Shown here piece after piece: positions 24,634-45,465 of a DNA stretch of 64,000 nt. The stretch lies in the NCBI GenBank assembly GCA_951406725.2, contig OX597814.1, positions 99,572,001 through 99,636,000 of the forward strand, given 5' to 3'. The position numbers and the translations under genes were made by a program. The notes beneath the pieces are model-generated. The model saw only the letters and a program-made list of their open reading frames with translations, made no database searches and was not told where the DNA came from. This DNA comes from Octopus vulgaris. Lineage: Eukaryota. Positions within the stretch are counted from its first letter, which is position 1. The number at the start of each line of letters is the position of its first letter.

Positions 24634-25017
24634 AAATAGCTTGCTTATGAACCACATGGTTCCGGGTTCAATCCCACTGCGTGGCACGTTCGGCAAGTGT
24701 CTTCTACTATAGCCTCGGACTAACGAAAGCCTTGTGAGTGGATTTGGTAGACGGAAACTGAAAGAAGCCTGTCGTGTATGTGTATACATGTATCTGTGTG
24801 AATATGTTTGTGTCTGTGTTTGTCCCCTCAACATCGCTTGACAAATGATACTGGTGTGTTTACGTCCCTGTAACTTAGCGGTTCGGCAAAAGAGACTGAT
24901 AGAATAAGTACTAGGCTTACAAAGAATAAGTCCTGGGGTCGATTTGCTCGACTAAAGGTGGTGCTCCAGCATGGCCACAGTTACATAACTGAAACAAGTA
25001 AAAAGAATAAAAGAGTA
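24634..25017 (+). mobile_element. 3' part of the interrupted family-1 SINE
   Basis: Resumes AAATAGCTTGCTTATGAACCACATGGTTCCGGGTTCAATCCC (B box) and continues through the family-1 tail. Confidence 0.92.
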
Positions 25018-25064
25018 TATATATATTCTTTATTCTTTTACTTTTTTCGATTATTTGACTGCGG

Positions 25065-25245
25065 CCACTAAATGCTTAGTGGCATTTCGTCCATCCTTAC
25101 CTTCTGAGTTGAAATTCCACCCGAGTCAACTTTGACTTTCATCCCTTTCGGGGTCGATGAAATAAGTACCAGTTACGCCCTGGCCTCGATGTAACCGACC
25201 AGTCCTCTCCCCAAATTGCTTAGGCCTTGTGCCTACAGTAGAATA
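25065..25245 (+). mobile_element. SINE (family 3)
   Basis: GCTTAGTGGCATTTCGTCC...CTTTCATCCCTTTCGGGGTCGATGAAATAAGTACCAG; further copies in the window. Confidence 0.65.
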
Positions 25246-25474
25246 GACATTTAACTGAAACATTTTGAAATAAAACTCATTTTAATTCGTGCAAAGTGAT
25301 ATCCACATCCGTTTTTGAAATCATCAAATCTCACCAATGAAGAGTCTTCAACATATATGACTGCTTTCATCAATCCTAGAAATGTTTTGAAGCAGCAAAC
25401 AGTCCGAAAGAATTTTAGCCTGTTGCAATTTGCATCATAAAATATATCTCTAGTTTACTGTCAAAGATATTGGC

Positions 25475-25715
25475 TACAAATTTAACGCAAGGCCATCAGG
25501 TTTTGAGGGTAATCAATTAAATGACTAGTATTATCTTATCGATCCTGAAAAAGTGAAAGACAAAGGTGACGTTGGCGGAGTCTGAACTCAGAACATGAAG
25601 ACGGAACGTGAAGACGGATCATGAGGACGGAACGTAAAGACATAGCGTGAAGACAGACGAAAAGTATTTAAGCTTTCCACCTGGCGTGCTAACGATTTTG
25701 TCAGTTCACTGCCTT
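25475..25715 (-). mobile_element. SINE (family 3) with an internal ~13-bp tandem repeat
   Basis: Reverse complement of the family-3 domain; GAAC.TGAAGACG-like unit repeated about 5 times at ~25591-25660. Confidence 0.55.
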
Positions 25716-26364
25716 TGAACTTTCGAAGATATTAACATTTATCATAACAATTTTGTTTCCTTCCACAACTAAATGATAAGTTTGAATTAAAATACTACTC
25801 ACAGACGACTTTAAACCTATTTCCCTTAGATTACGCACACAAATATGCCATGCTATCATCCAGCGACAGAAATAATATTACATACATTGGCATTTACGAA
25901 ACGATTTGGAAATATATACATACTTTAATTATCTTATTTGCTTACTTGTTTCAGTCACTGGACTACACTCATACCTTGAAGGGTGTAGTACCTCACACTG
26001 ATCCCAGTACATACTTTTCAGAGTGCATACAGTTGTGATTGCGTAGTGAAAATTTTAAGCACACACCTATGCTACGATTGCTATATTATTCATACTCACT
26101 CGCTGCAATGCAAAGACCATCAGAACTAGACACACACACACACACACACAATACATACATAAATTTTTTGCCAAATAAACACACTCACTATACTATCGTT
26201 CTTCACTTTACACTTATTATTGATCATATATTGTGACCTTTGTCTGGGAAACTTTCGCGGCACATCCTGTGACATCTTCAACGACGCTCCATCCTACGTT
26301 TCTCCTCCTGTTCTGTAAAGTCCATTCTGTTTTTATACATATGTGTATGTGTGTGTGTGAAACT

Positions 26365-26656
26365 TTTACCTTTGATTTGTTTCAGTCATTAGACTCCGGT
26401 TATGCTGGGGCACGGCCTTCAACTTTTAGTCGAATGAATCTACCCCGGTTCTTACTGTCTGTTTGATTTTTTAAAACCTGGTACTTATTTTATCTCTGTC
26501 TTTTGCTGAAAGGCTACTTTATGAGTCGTAAACACACCAACACCAGTTGACATGCGATGGTGGGGGACAAACACAGAGACAAAGATACACACACATAGAT
26601 ACGTGTATGTATGTGTGTATATATAAATATATATACACACACGCACACATACATAC

Positions 26657-26693
<37 letters not shown>

Positions 26694-26820
26694 CGACAGG
26701 ACTCTTCTCGATTCCGTCAGCCAAATTCACCTATGAGTCCAGAAGGTGCCCAAATGCCCACAATAGGTCTGAACCTGGAACCCTGTGGTGGGATGCAAAC
26801 ATCCCTTGCCACAAAGCCAA
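26365..26820 (-). mobile_element. SINE (family 1), degenerate
   Basis: Reverse complement of the tail (TTGTTTCAGTCATT..., GGGGACAAACACAG) and of the head. Confidence 0.65.
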
Positions 26821-26908
26821 TATATGTATATATACATACATACATACATATATATACATATTTATATATGTATATATATATATACATATTTATATAAATG
26901 TATATATG

Positions 26909-26944
<36 letters not shown>

Positions 26945-27016
26945 TATATAAATGTATATATATATATATATGTGTGTGCATATACTTATGTGTATGTATG
27001 TACGTATACATATGTA

Positions 27017-27047
<31 letters not shown>

Positions 27048-27094
27048 GTATATATATATGTGTATATATATACATACACACACACACACATATA

Positions 27095-27135
<41 letters not shown>

Positions 27136-27958
27136 GTAGAAACACACGCACATATTAGTAAAATGTGTGATGCGCAAAGAATTTTGCGAATGAAGAGACT
27201 CTCAAATACAACAATATTCAGAGACATATTGTCACGTATTATCACATTCGAAATCGTAAAAACCAAATGTAGTCAAAACAAACATCATTCGGCTGTTTGA
27301 AAAGTGTAAGTGGGTATTTATATATGCATGTAAGCACAGACGTACAAATACATCATATGTGCCCCTGTATATACATATATAAGTATATACATACATATAT
27401 ACATATATCCATATATTTACACACACACACACTTATTTATATATATATATATATAAATATATTTATATAGGCATAAGTATATGTCTGTGCTTATATGTGT
27501 ATGTGCTTACTTATATCTGTATGTAGATTCTTATTCTTCTTAAAGTCTCTAGGGAAATCACGGTAGTAGTTGGTCGTTCTGATCAAATTAAATTTAGGAG
27601 TTTTTAGGCGAGAATTCATGTAGATTGCATCATTGTTTAGAGCAATGTATGTATGCATACATAAACACATATAACTATTTAAAACTACTTTTTGTATGCA
27701 TATACATACATGTAACATACATTTATATTCGTATCTATACGTACATATAGCTACGTTTTTATGCATACTGTATATATATACATGTGTATGTCTACATACT
27801 TATATTTACGCACGTATGTATATATATTTATTTGTGTATATGTGTGCATAAATATATGATATATATATATATATGTTTATATATTTATACATATATATTA
27901 TACGTGTGTTTGTATTATATGTATTTATGTTTATATTTATGTGTATATATATATACGA

Positions 27959-28015
<57 letters not shown>

Positions 28016-28494
28016 AATATATATATGCATAAATATATCTATATTATACACTCATATTGTCTTGTTTATGTGTGTGTGTGCATGTTTGTACGTGTGTGTG
28101 TGTGGTTGAGAAATTGGCACCTGTTTTTTTTTGTCTATTTGTGGGGTTTTTTTGTTTTTGTATTTAATCTTGTTTGCTAAAGTTTGTTGATTGTTTATCG
28201 TTTGTTTTTTTTTCGAATTTGTTTATTTATGTATACATTAATTGTTATTGTGGCTTCTATTGTGTGTTTTTTTTTTTCCTTATTCTCGTTGATTTTGCTA
28301 TAGTTTTTTTTGTTGTTGTGTCAAACAGATCGAAGCTGTTAACTGTAGCAGCTGTCTGGATGTGATAGATAGAACACTAAGATGCTAAAGAAGACGAAAA
28401 AAGACGTAGAAACATGAATGTGATTTTTTTTGTTGCAATAATAATAACGGTTTATACATTTTGGTTGTTTAAAATAAAAAGAATAATAAACGAA

Positions 28495-28536
<42 letters not shown>

Positions 28537-28593
28537 GCTGTTGTTGTTGTTTGTGGTGGTGCTGGTCTTCTTCTTTTTCTTCTTCTTCTTCTT

Positions 28594-28624
<31 letters not shown>

Positions 28625-28760
28625 TTATTATTATTATTATTATTGTTATTATTATGTTTCTACTAATACTACTATAACCACAATTGCTGCTGCTGTTGCT
28701 GTTATGTTATTTGCAGATTTTTATTGTTATTATTATTATTATCATCATCATCATTATTAC

Positions 28761-28809
<49 letters not shown>

Positions 28810-28863
28810 GTTGTTCTTGTTATTGTTATTTTTAATATTTTTATTATTTTTTATTGTTGTTGC

Positions 28864-28899
<36 letters not shown>

Positions 28900-29130
28900 G
28901 GTCGTCATCATAATCATCATCAGCATCATCATAATTTGTAAGCTGTAGTAGTGGAATGTGTTAATGCCGTTGATGATGATGATGATGGAGATGAAGAAAA
29001 TGATGATGATGATAACAAAGACGATGGCGACTGGCGACGGCGACGGCAACGATGATGTTGATAAGGTGGAGAGATCAGGAGGTTTGTGGTAGTGGTGAGC
29101 ATACAGAATAATCAATGTGTTGATGATGAG
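28495..29130. repeat. Compound trinucleotide microsatellites (ATT, CTT, GTT, CAT, GAT)
   Basis: Directly visible. Confidence 0.9.
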
Positions 29131-29473
29131 TTAGTTAAAGTGTAGATTCTATTAGGAAAACGAAAACACGCTACAAGCTGTAATTCTCGATAACTAGCGG
29201 ATGATAAACACCGCAAAACGATAGATATTGAATATTAAATAGAAAGAAAGAGAAGAACGTGAAGGAGAAGACAGACAGAGAGAGAGAGAGAGAGAGAGAA
29301 AGAAGAGAGAGGGGAAATTTTGCCAAAATGACAGAAGGTGTGTCAAAACGCAATAGAATGAAAACGTGAGGTACAGAGCGAGAGACGTATATGAAGTGGG
29401 ATGAGGTGAAAGGAAAAGATAACAGAAAAATGTATGAAGCAAAGTGGAAACTGGGAAATAGAAAGATAGATTT

Positions 29474-29542
<69 letters not shown>

Positions 29543-29788
29543 GATAGAGAGTGAGCGAAAGATAGAGAGTGAGACTAGGTAGAGAGAGGAGGAGTGAAAA
29601 AAGAAAAGGATAAAAGCAAAGGAGCCTGAAAGCGAGAGTGAATATGAAAAAAAGGATAAAAAGGGAAGGTAGAAAAAGTGTTTGAGAGAGGGTGAATGAT
29701 AAAAAAAGAAATAGGAAGCGACATCAGATTCTTTCGTTTCCGGTTTTTACATATCACATGTTTCTCTCTGTATCGATTCCCTCATTCC

Positions 29789-29823
<35 letters not shown>

Positions 29824-31168
29824 TTACTCCCATTCAGTGTTATACTACGTGTGTTATATTGTGTACGTGTGTTATATTACACACGTACACATCTATCTAT
29901 TATATTATTTAATATTCATCTTGTGGAACACTCGCTCCATGAGCGGCCGACTGAGAGTCTCATTGACTTCGATACTTCCCTACCGTATCGTTCCTTTAGT
30001 AGTGCAAAAGCATCAGCAATGCTATGGGCAGTCGGTATTTATTAATAGGAAGGTGAGCTGGCAACATCTTTAGCATGCCGTACAAACTGCTTAGCTGCAT
30101 TTCTTCCGGTTTTACGTTGTGGGTTGAAATACCATCGAAGTGAACTTCTTTTATCCTTTCGGTATAGTAAAATAAGAGCCACTTGAGCACTGATGTTGGT
30201 GTGATCGACTAACCTCTTCCCAACAAAATTGCTGTTCTTGAACCAAATTTAGAAAGAATTTCGTTTTACAACGTAGCACACTTCTGCAAAGACTTCCAAG
30301 TTGCTATCTTACTAATCTGAATGCATCCATACCCACTCTAACCATGCAGCAACTGTTTTGTTTACTTACTCTCTAGGGATTTTTTTCTTTACTCTCAGCT
30401 TGCTGTTTCTCTCACAAATATCTGCCATGTCTATGATGAACCACTTTTTCCCTTTCATGCTCATGCAGTTATTGATTAAATTTGGAGGTGTTATTGTTCA
30501 GAGATATGTTACACTTATGTACCCTAGAAAAGCATTTCCAAGAACACCTAAATAGATACACTTGATTTCAAAGTTTTACACGCATGAGTGAAGTTTAAAC
30601 TAGAAAACAACTCCAAATTTACTCAATAAAAATCTTCCGTAATATGTGACTTTGAAGTTTTGGAGCAGCTAATATTCAAATAAAACCAACAACTGAACCG
30701 AATAGCACGTCTGCTGACCAGCCTAAACCTTCAACATAACTACATTCCTTTGTGTGTGTCTGTAAGTGGTTCTATGACCTGAAGATGTCACACCTAAGTA
30801 TACAACCTGATAACAAAGTTCTACGCGCATGAATAAATTCTAAACAATACCACAACTCCGATTTTGATCAATGAAAGTTCCTATATAATATAACACCTTT
30901 TCATCACAAACTAACGTACGACTTAATTATCATTGGGCAGTATTTAGCTTACTCTAGAAAAGTTTAACTTCACAGAGACTCTATAAGGCTAAGGTGAACT
31001 CAAAATGAACCCCATTTCGTTGATGGGTAGGCCCGGTGAAAGTCGAAGTTACACTCAATATTACACTCAAATTTGTACTCTAACAAAGTTATTGAGCAAG
31101 CGTCCAATTTAATGTAAATTTGTTTTTATTATAACAATAAAGCAAAATTAATGTGTGTGTGTGTGTGC

Positions 31169-31213
<45 letters not shown>

Positions 31214-32567
31214 CGTAGTTAAAAGTGAGTCACAAATACTAAATATTAATAGCGTTGTTTCTTTCACTGTAGTTATCATAATTATTATTCCTTTCATTTA
31301 CTGGAACATTTTCTTATATTTTCTTATTATTTTCGGACAGTATATATATGTCCTTAGCTACCTTAAAAATATAATATCACAGTTCCCTGAAATCCTTAGC
31401 ATAAAGTAGCCTCATGTGATATATGACTTCGCTTCGAAAACACCTATCGAGATATTACAAGATTTGCTCTTGCAATTCCGCTTTCCTTTATGAAATTTAA
31501 CGTTGACAATATTTCATGAACTTGAAAGCAAGTTTGAGGTAAATTAAAAAATGAATCACATGAATTTTTATTCATTTTCTTTTTTCTTTATTTTTTATTT
31601 TCGTTGATGCATTTTAACTTACAATAACCAAACATATTGGAAACAACGAAGGATTATATTTTTTATAAACTTAATGCACACAAATTTTATAAATATCAGT
31701 TTCAGTTTTCGGTGAAACACTAAGAATTTTCAGGCTGTGTATTAATCGAAACTTTCGATTCTCGTACTTGATTGGTATTTTATTACTAAAGGGCGTTCCC
31801 CACGCATGCATAATTGTCTTACTACGCCTAGCTATAAGAGGTGACAGTCTACAGAAGTATGGATAATAAGTGAACCTATACTATAATTGTTATGAGAATT
31901 AGCCCATCAGGAGGAAATTTTAGAGTAACAGCTTATATGCAATGCTTTTGGTAGAGGCAGTGAATCTCTAGTCAAATGCTGCGTGATAGATGAAAGAAAA
32001 ATTGTCATCCACGCTTTTATGGTTGATTAAATTAGACCGTAAGCAAATAACATTCATGACACCAACGGTATCACGGGACATGTATATGGACTCTGTTCAG
32101 GATATGTGTTCATATTGGGAAGGCAAATTGGCAAAGCATATACCAATGGCATGTTTGAATCTCATACCACTAGAGACGATTGATACAAATACCTCGAAGT
32201 CGACGAGAATATTGCATTAGGGATTCTGTGAGAAGAGCTTGAGTGATAAAAAGAATAATTCACCAAACTTTAAAATATTTTGAAAACCAGTGCTTGTAGT
32301 CAATAAAAAAAACGTATCGTTTGCAGTTATAGTGCTAGTACCAAAATTTGGTTTCTAGCATGGCATTTATGAAACTGAGTGACAAGCGAGAAACTCCTGG
32401 TCCTAAAATCAGATCACTGTAACTGCTTAATTTGGAATACCACATTAGATGGTATAACTGGTATGCGAGGAATGAAAACGGTCTTACCTTTACCACAACC
32501 AGTAAGGAATACTTACATATGCCTATGGAAAAGTCAGGTGCAAAGTCATGAGAACACTAAAGTACCC

Positions 32568-39389
<6,822 letters not shown>

Positions 39390-40303
39390 CCCAAGGAAAA
39401 TCATTAAATAGTGCAATACAGAAGAATTACTTCCCAATTAAACGACGCTACAGTAATGCTAGATTATTCACATTTGGTTGTACATTTGGTTAATGTAGAT
39501 GCTAGTTAGAGTTTAAGCTCTTGGCAGGCTTACCCAAACCAGATTGAGTGATAGTTAGAATCCAAACGAAGCGCAATCTACTTTCACCTCAATCAGAAAA
39601 CCAAATTGCTACGGTAACTGCAAAAAAAAGGTTGGACGAGCTAAGATCTGAAAATGATACGTGAAGGAAGAAACGGAATCAATCGGTCTCTTTTGGTCTG
39701 AAATCAAGGAGGTAGTCTAAGAAGGTATTTTTTGGAGTTCATCTCCCTTAGATATGTCTTTCCGGTAAATTTCTTAATTTTTTGCTAGATCGTTTACCAA
39801 AATGGAGGCGAACAACTTTCTCCATGTGATCAGCTTGAAAAATTAAGATTCTTGGATATTTTCCCACTCTTAACATTAGACCAATGGTAGCCTTAATTCA
39901 TAAATAAAGAAGACCCCTTTGAATGAACAGCACATGGAATCTACGTCTCCATACTTTCCATTTGTAATGACAAAATATGAAGTCCTAACGGAATTTACAT
40001 ACCATTGACAAGAAGCATTTCTACCACTTCTACACACCACTTTCCTTGGATGATGAAACTACAACACCCTATATATATTTTTACTTTTATTCCCTTATTT
40101 CCCCTTATGCTTCTTATTCCCATGCTTTTCCAAAATAACTCCATATATTGAACTCTACTATTTCCCCTTTATTTAATTATCTCATATCATCTCTAATAAA
40201 GGAAGACCCCTAATATCCGAGAAACATCTGTAAGACTAACTTTCTCTGTATAAATGTCCTGAAAATTCCACAAAGCCTTGGCTTTGTTGTCTCATTTTAT
40301 TTA

Positions 40304-40334
<31 letters not shown>

Positions 40335-40367
40335 CTTTATTTTAAGCAGCAGAAAATTCAACAAAAT

Positions 40368-40405
40368 CTGTTACTCTGAGTTTCTCGTTGCCGTTCATCA
40401 GACAG
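40368..40405 (-). ncRNA. Hammerhead ribozyme motif (inverted arm)
   Basis: Reverse complement of 42246-42283. Confidence 0.7.
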
Positions 40406-40740
40406 TTTTTGCTAGAATGGAACATATATATTAATTCAATCTATACTCTTACAAACGCTACACCTTTAAAAAGAAATGGACTTGTTTGATTGGCCCTTTA
40501 GAAAAAACGGTCAATCTTCGAGCGATAAACAAAAAGGTCAAAAATATATGTATATATATATAAAAAACTTATAAAAATTATAAAATCCGAGGAAAAAAAC
40601 CGAGGAAAAAACCTATTGCCGTTAATGAAGACAGTACAAATTAATGCATAGAAATTAAACCTGTTATAAATACTGCAATACATATTTATATTAAAATCCA
40701 CATATATATATCAACATACACAAAAGGATGCGCGTAAACG

Positions 40741-41234
40741 TTTTGTGGTTCAACCCAGCTTTCAATTTGGCCGTAAAGACTAATATAGGTAAGGAATTTT
40801 TGAGATTAGTCTCTAAGCATTTTAGGCAGGGTCATAAATTCTACAGAATATTTAATAGAAGAACCCTGAAGGTTAGCTATTCTTGTTGCAGAAATTTCGC
40901 CTCTTACATTAGCCAACATAATAGGAAGCTAATTGAGATTAGACATGGTGCCGAGCCCATTAAGAAATGTAATTTCAAAAACGAAAGCTCCTGTCCGTTA
41001 GAAGGGAAATGTCTAGTGAAAGGAGTAGTTTATAGAGCCAAGGTGCAAGTGGAAGGCTCATCGGAATACAAGACATACACAGGGGCTTCAGAAAATTCAT
41101 TTAAAACAAGATTTTATTCTCATAAGAATTCTTTTAAATACAATAATTCTTTGAATCAAAGAAGTGAATTAATGAACTTATGTAGGCACACGGCTAAATT
41201 TAAAATGTCGAATATAAATATACCATATGGATAG
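40741..41234 (+). pseudogene. PLE linker + GIY-YIG endonuclease fragment with an internal deletion (Naiad-like by motif recall)
   Basis: WFNPAF..VKTNIGKEFL, KVSYSC, CPLEGKCL, VVYRAKV, YTGAS, FKTRFYSHK, LN.RSELMNLCRH. Confidence 0.8.
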
Positions 41235-42245
41235 AGTATATATTTTGTATTTTGATTTTTTTGATTTTGATTTTGACTCTTGAGCGCTACGACGGACCTA
41301 TAGCAAAGTCTTATTGTTTCTACATATATATTAGGAAAAACCTACAAACTTTGTTTTCATGTTATTGTATTGCATAAGATTACCTTGATTATTTATATTA
41401 CCTTGATTATTTATAAATGACCCAAAATAGGATGTTATATTTTATTTTATATGTCTTTCGTATATATTTTTATTAATGCACCCATTTTTTAAAAGCAATG
41501 TTTTTTTTAAAAAAAGCAATGTTGTCAAATTTAGAATGTTTATATAAGTTTGTGTATAGCAAAGCATATGTATTTGTAAGCATGCGTATCTGTGTATGTG
41601 TAAGTGAAAGTATGCTTGTGCTTAAGCACGCATACACACGACGGTATGTATATGTATCAATTCAAACTTGTGTATGTATACTGGCCTCTATAGATGCCAA
41701 TAATATCGCTACAAGTTTTTTCCCCACCCCTCCTTCATTCCTTTTTCTCTCTTTCCCTTTCTTTCGTTCCCCTCCTTGCTCAGTATATGAGAATTGCTAC
41801 ATAGATGAATTTTAGCTTGCGTGCGAGACGGTTTGCGTGAATATATGTACACATGCTTTTATGTGTATAATTTAGATTCATATTCATACGTCTGTATATG
41901 TATGTATGGCGTTTACGCGCATCCTTTTGTGTATGTTGATATATATATGTGGATTTTAATATAAATATGTATTGCAGTATTTATAACAGGTTTAATTTCT
42001 ATGCATTAATTTGTACTGTCTTCATTAACGGCAATAGGTTTTTTTCCTCGGTTTTTTCCTCGGATTTTATAATTTTTATAAGTTTTTTTATATATATATA
42101 CATATATTTTTGACCTTTTTGTTTATCGCTCGAAGATTGACCGTTTTTTCTAAAGGGCCAATCAAACAAGTCCATTTCTTTTTAAAGGTGTAGCGTTTGT
42201 AAGAGTATAGATTGAATTAATATATATGTTCCATTCTAGCAAAAA

Positions 42246-42283
42246 CTGTCTGATGAACGGCAACGAGAAACTCAGAGTAACAG
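42246..42283 (+). ncRNA. Minimal type I hammerhead ribozyme motif
   Basis: CTGT-CTGATGA-ACG GCAA CGA-GAAAC-TCAGA-GTA-ACAG; one mismatch at the base of stem II. Confidence 0.7.
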
Positions 42284-42388
42284 ATTTTGTTGAATTTTCT
42301 GCTGCTTAAAATAAAGCATATTACTCTACCACTGGTATTTGAGTACTCTTTTTTCCACCTTGTTTCACATTTATGTGTTTACTCCGGT

Positions 42389-42420
<32 letters not shown>

Positions 42421-42706
42421 GTATGTATGTATGTATGTATGTATGTATGTATGTATGTATGTATGTATGTATGTATGTGTGTATTATTGTACCTTGTATG
42501 TATGTGAATCAGTGAAAACCGGTGTGTGAGGTCTGAGTGCATTTACAAAAGATATATACTTGTATCCTTACAAAAGGTAAATGCATAAATGAAAACGATA
42601 TTTTAACAAGAACGCGTGCTGAACAAAGTAAAAGATAAAGCGTAAAAGCTCATCTATTCAAAATTAACACACACACTCACACACATTATACATATGTGTA
42701 TGTATA

Positions 42707-42781
<75 letters not shown>

Positions 42782-42818
42782 GTTTCTATGTATGTATGTA
42801 TGTATGTATGTATGTATG

Positions 42819-42870
<52 letters not shown>

Positions 42871-43720
42871 AAAGAAACATGAAAGAAAAGAAAGAAAACG
42901 CATTAAATTTTGATTAGAAAAACAAGAAGCCTTATAAGATTTGGAGCTTCAGTGTAGACGCTGTGATTTTAAATGAAGATAGCAAAATACACCAACTACT
43001 TTGGAAGCTAACTATTGTGATTTAAACAGCTACAGTACAGTGTGAGAAGGAGGGGGTAGAGTTAGAGAAAAGAAAAACGAAAGAAACCGAATTGACAGAT
43101 TTTAGATGGGGATTGTTTGGCTCCTTTGGAATTATTGAGGAAATGAATAAATAAGGTTAAAAGAGAAACAGTTATAAAAATAAGTAGATAAACAACAGAT
43201 TTATCTTGATGTTGGAATGTACTAACAAATGACAATAGTCGAGGAAGTTGTTTCAACAACATTAAAAGCATACAGACTTGCACACGTACATACATACATA
43301 CATACATACATACATGCGTATATATATATATATACATACATATATATATACACGCATGAATCTTTAAAGCAAGAGGGGAAAAATATTTAATGAAAGAGTA
43401 TACTGAAGGACACGGGAATAATGATGACTAAAAAGAATTAAAAGGAAAAATTACTGTAACTGCTTTAAAAATTGCTTAGTATTTTGTGTTGTTTTTAATT
43501 AGAGAAAAAAAATACAGCAAATGACAGTCAATCGATAAGGAAAAACAAAAAGCAGTGGAGGAAAGGAACGAAAAGAAATTAACACACGCACACAAACACA
43601 CATACGTACACACACATTCTCTCTGTCTGTCTGTCTCTCGCTCTCTCACGCACACATACATACATCTACGCACATCCGCAAACACACACCACATACATCT
43701 ACATATACGCAAATGCGTAA

Positions 43721-43748
<28 letters not shown>

Positions 43749-43751
<3 letters not shown>

Positions 43752-44137
43752 GCTGTGTGGTAAGTAGCTTGCTTACGAACCACATTGTTCCGGGTTCATT
43801 TCCACTGCGTGGCACCTTGTGCAAATGTCTTCTACTATAGCCTCGAGCCGACCAAAGCCTTGTGAGTGGATTTGGTAGACGGAAACTGAAAGAAGTCCGT
43901 CGCATATCTGTATATATATATATTTGCGTGTATATGTTTGTGTGTCTGTGTTTGTCCCTCCAATCGCTCTACAACAGATGCTGGTGTGTTTACGTCCCCG
44001 TAACTCAGTGGTTCGGCAAAAGAGACTGATAGAATAAGTACTAGGCTTATAAAGAATAAGTCCTGGGGTCGATTTGCTCGACTAAAGACGGTGCTCCAGC
44101 ATGGCCACAGTGAAATGACTGAAACAAGTAAAAGGGA

Positions 44138-44140
<3 letters not shown>
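43749..44140 (+). mobile_element. SINE (family 1), target site unoccupied
   Basis: GTGGCTGTGTGGTAAGTAGCTTGCTTACGAACCAC through the full tail. Confidence 0.9.
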
Positions 44141-44205
<65 letters not shown>

Positions 44206-44395
44206 GGCTATAAAATAATTAAGATGGCCATACGCAATTTAAAACGAAAAAGGAATTACTTCACCCTCACTAAAGTGGCCCAGAATGCAGTGATCATCAG
44301 CATTGCTAGAAATAAGAGTCATAGTCTCTTTGGCCACAGAGAGGACATATTCTATTGTGACATATTGTAACTTTTGCCGATGAAAATTTATGAAG

Positions 44396-44426
<31 letters not shown>

Positions 44427-44825
44427 ATATTTCTAACACTGAATACTGAATGTCAGTTAATAGTATTCGCATGTGCAGCCAACTAGGAAGGACATGACAG
44501 CGATAAGCCGGTACGAAAACAGGCCTCCACTACCACTCATATCAGTATAGCAAACACACTGTGTCAGCAAGCAACATGAATCTACCAACTCCTACAAAAC
44601 TGAAACGAAGGCGAACGGATGGGATGGTCTTAAAGTCGAATGTTTTAAACTAACGGAGACAACACTTGAATATCAGCTAAGGAAACACAACTAGATCTCA
44701 TTATGCCAACAAGCAGTTGCATAATACCTGTACTTTTGGATAACCACGTTGGGTGTAAACAATTCTGGTGATTAAAAAGTAACTGTCCAGCCGTACTCCT
44801 TGTTGCTGACTCAAATTTCTTGAAT

Positions 44826-44871
<46 letters not shown>

Positions 44872-45465
44872 TGTGTGTGTGTGTGAAAAATATATATAAA
44901 GAATTGCTTGTTACCACTTGAACATGTTTGTTCCGTACGGCACTCTACCTGTGCTTGTGTCTGATATATATATATATATACTAACATTAAAGACCCGTCG
45001 TTGCCGGGTCATAGTGCTAGTGCATGTATATATGTGTACATATTACATGTACATCTATATATATACATCTACACATAAAATACTAAATACAAAGTTATAT
45101 CTTGATATCGCTAGTGATAACAATACTCAAAATATATAACAGACTGGAATTGTTAGCCCGTCTCTAGTAATTTCGATCAATTGTATCTTGTCCTCCCTCT
45201 TGTATAGAAGTGTGTCTACAATCCAGCCTAGCTCTACTTCTGGAAGGGGGGGGGGTCATTAAAATTTTTTTTTTTTCGGGACGTAAAAGTAAAATATTTT
45301 CACTTTGCAAGCTCGAGTCGAGTACTCCCTTCCACGCTACGTTGACTCGAACCTTGTTTCTATTGTGGCGAATTTACCGTCTCTGACTAGAATATGCATC
45401 AAATTTTATCAAGATCTTGGCGATACCTGCTCAGCGGCCTACACAAAGTTACCAAAAATTTTTCG

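Larger units (their letters stand above)
40335..42316 (+). mobile_element. 5'-truncated Penelope-like element with ~406-bp inverted pseudo-LTRs (40335-40740 / 41910-42316)
   Basis: Arms are near-perfect reverse complements, each holds a hammerhead motif, and a GIY-YIG ORF lies between them. Confidence 0.88.

Noticed and set aside
11741-24648. Recurrent 15-bp repeat read as a CRISPR-like array or LTRs
   Set aside because: The spacers are kilobase retroelements, and the repeat is the SINE target duplication
28339-28388. Possible terminal exon (IEAVNCSSCLDVIDRTLRC*) after AAACAG
   Set aside because: Too short, with no homology evidence
26485-29115. Many short ORFs with poly-YI, I, L, N or S
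   Set aside because: Microsatellite translations
44250-44305. CTGATGA on the minus strand as a hammerhead
   Set aside because: No correctly placed GAAA or stem III
44992-45021. Helitron-like 3' hairpin followed by CTAG
   Set aside because: No matching 5' TC terminus could be assigned
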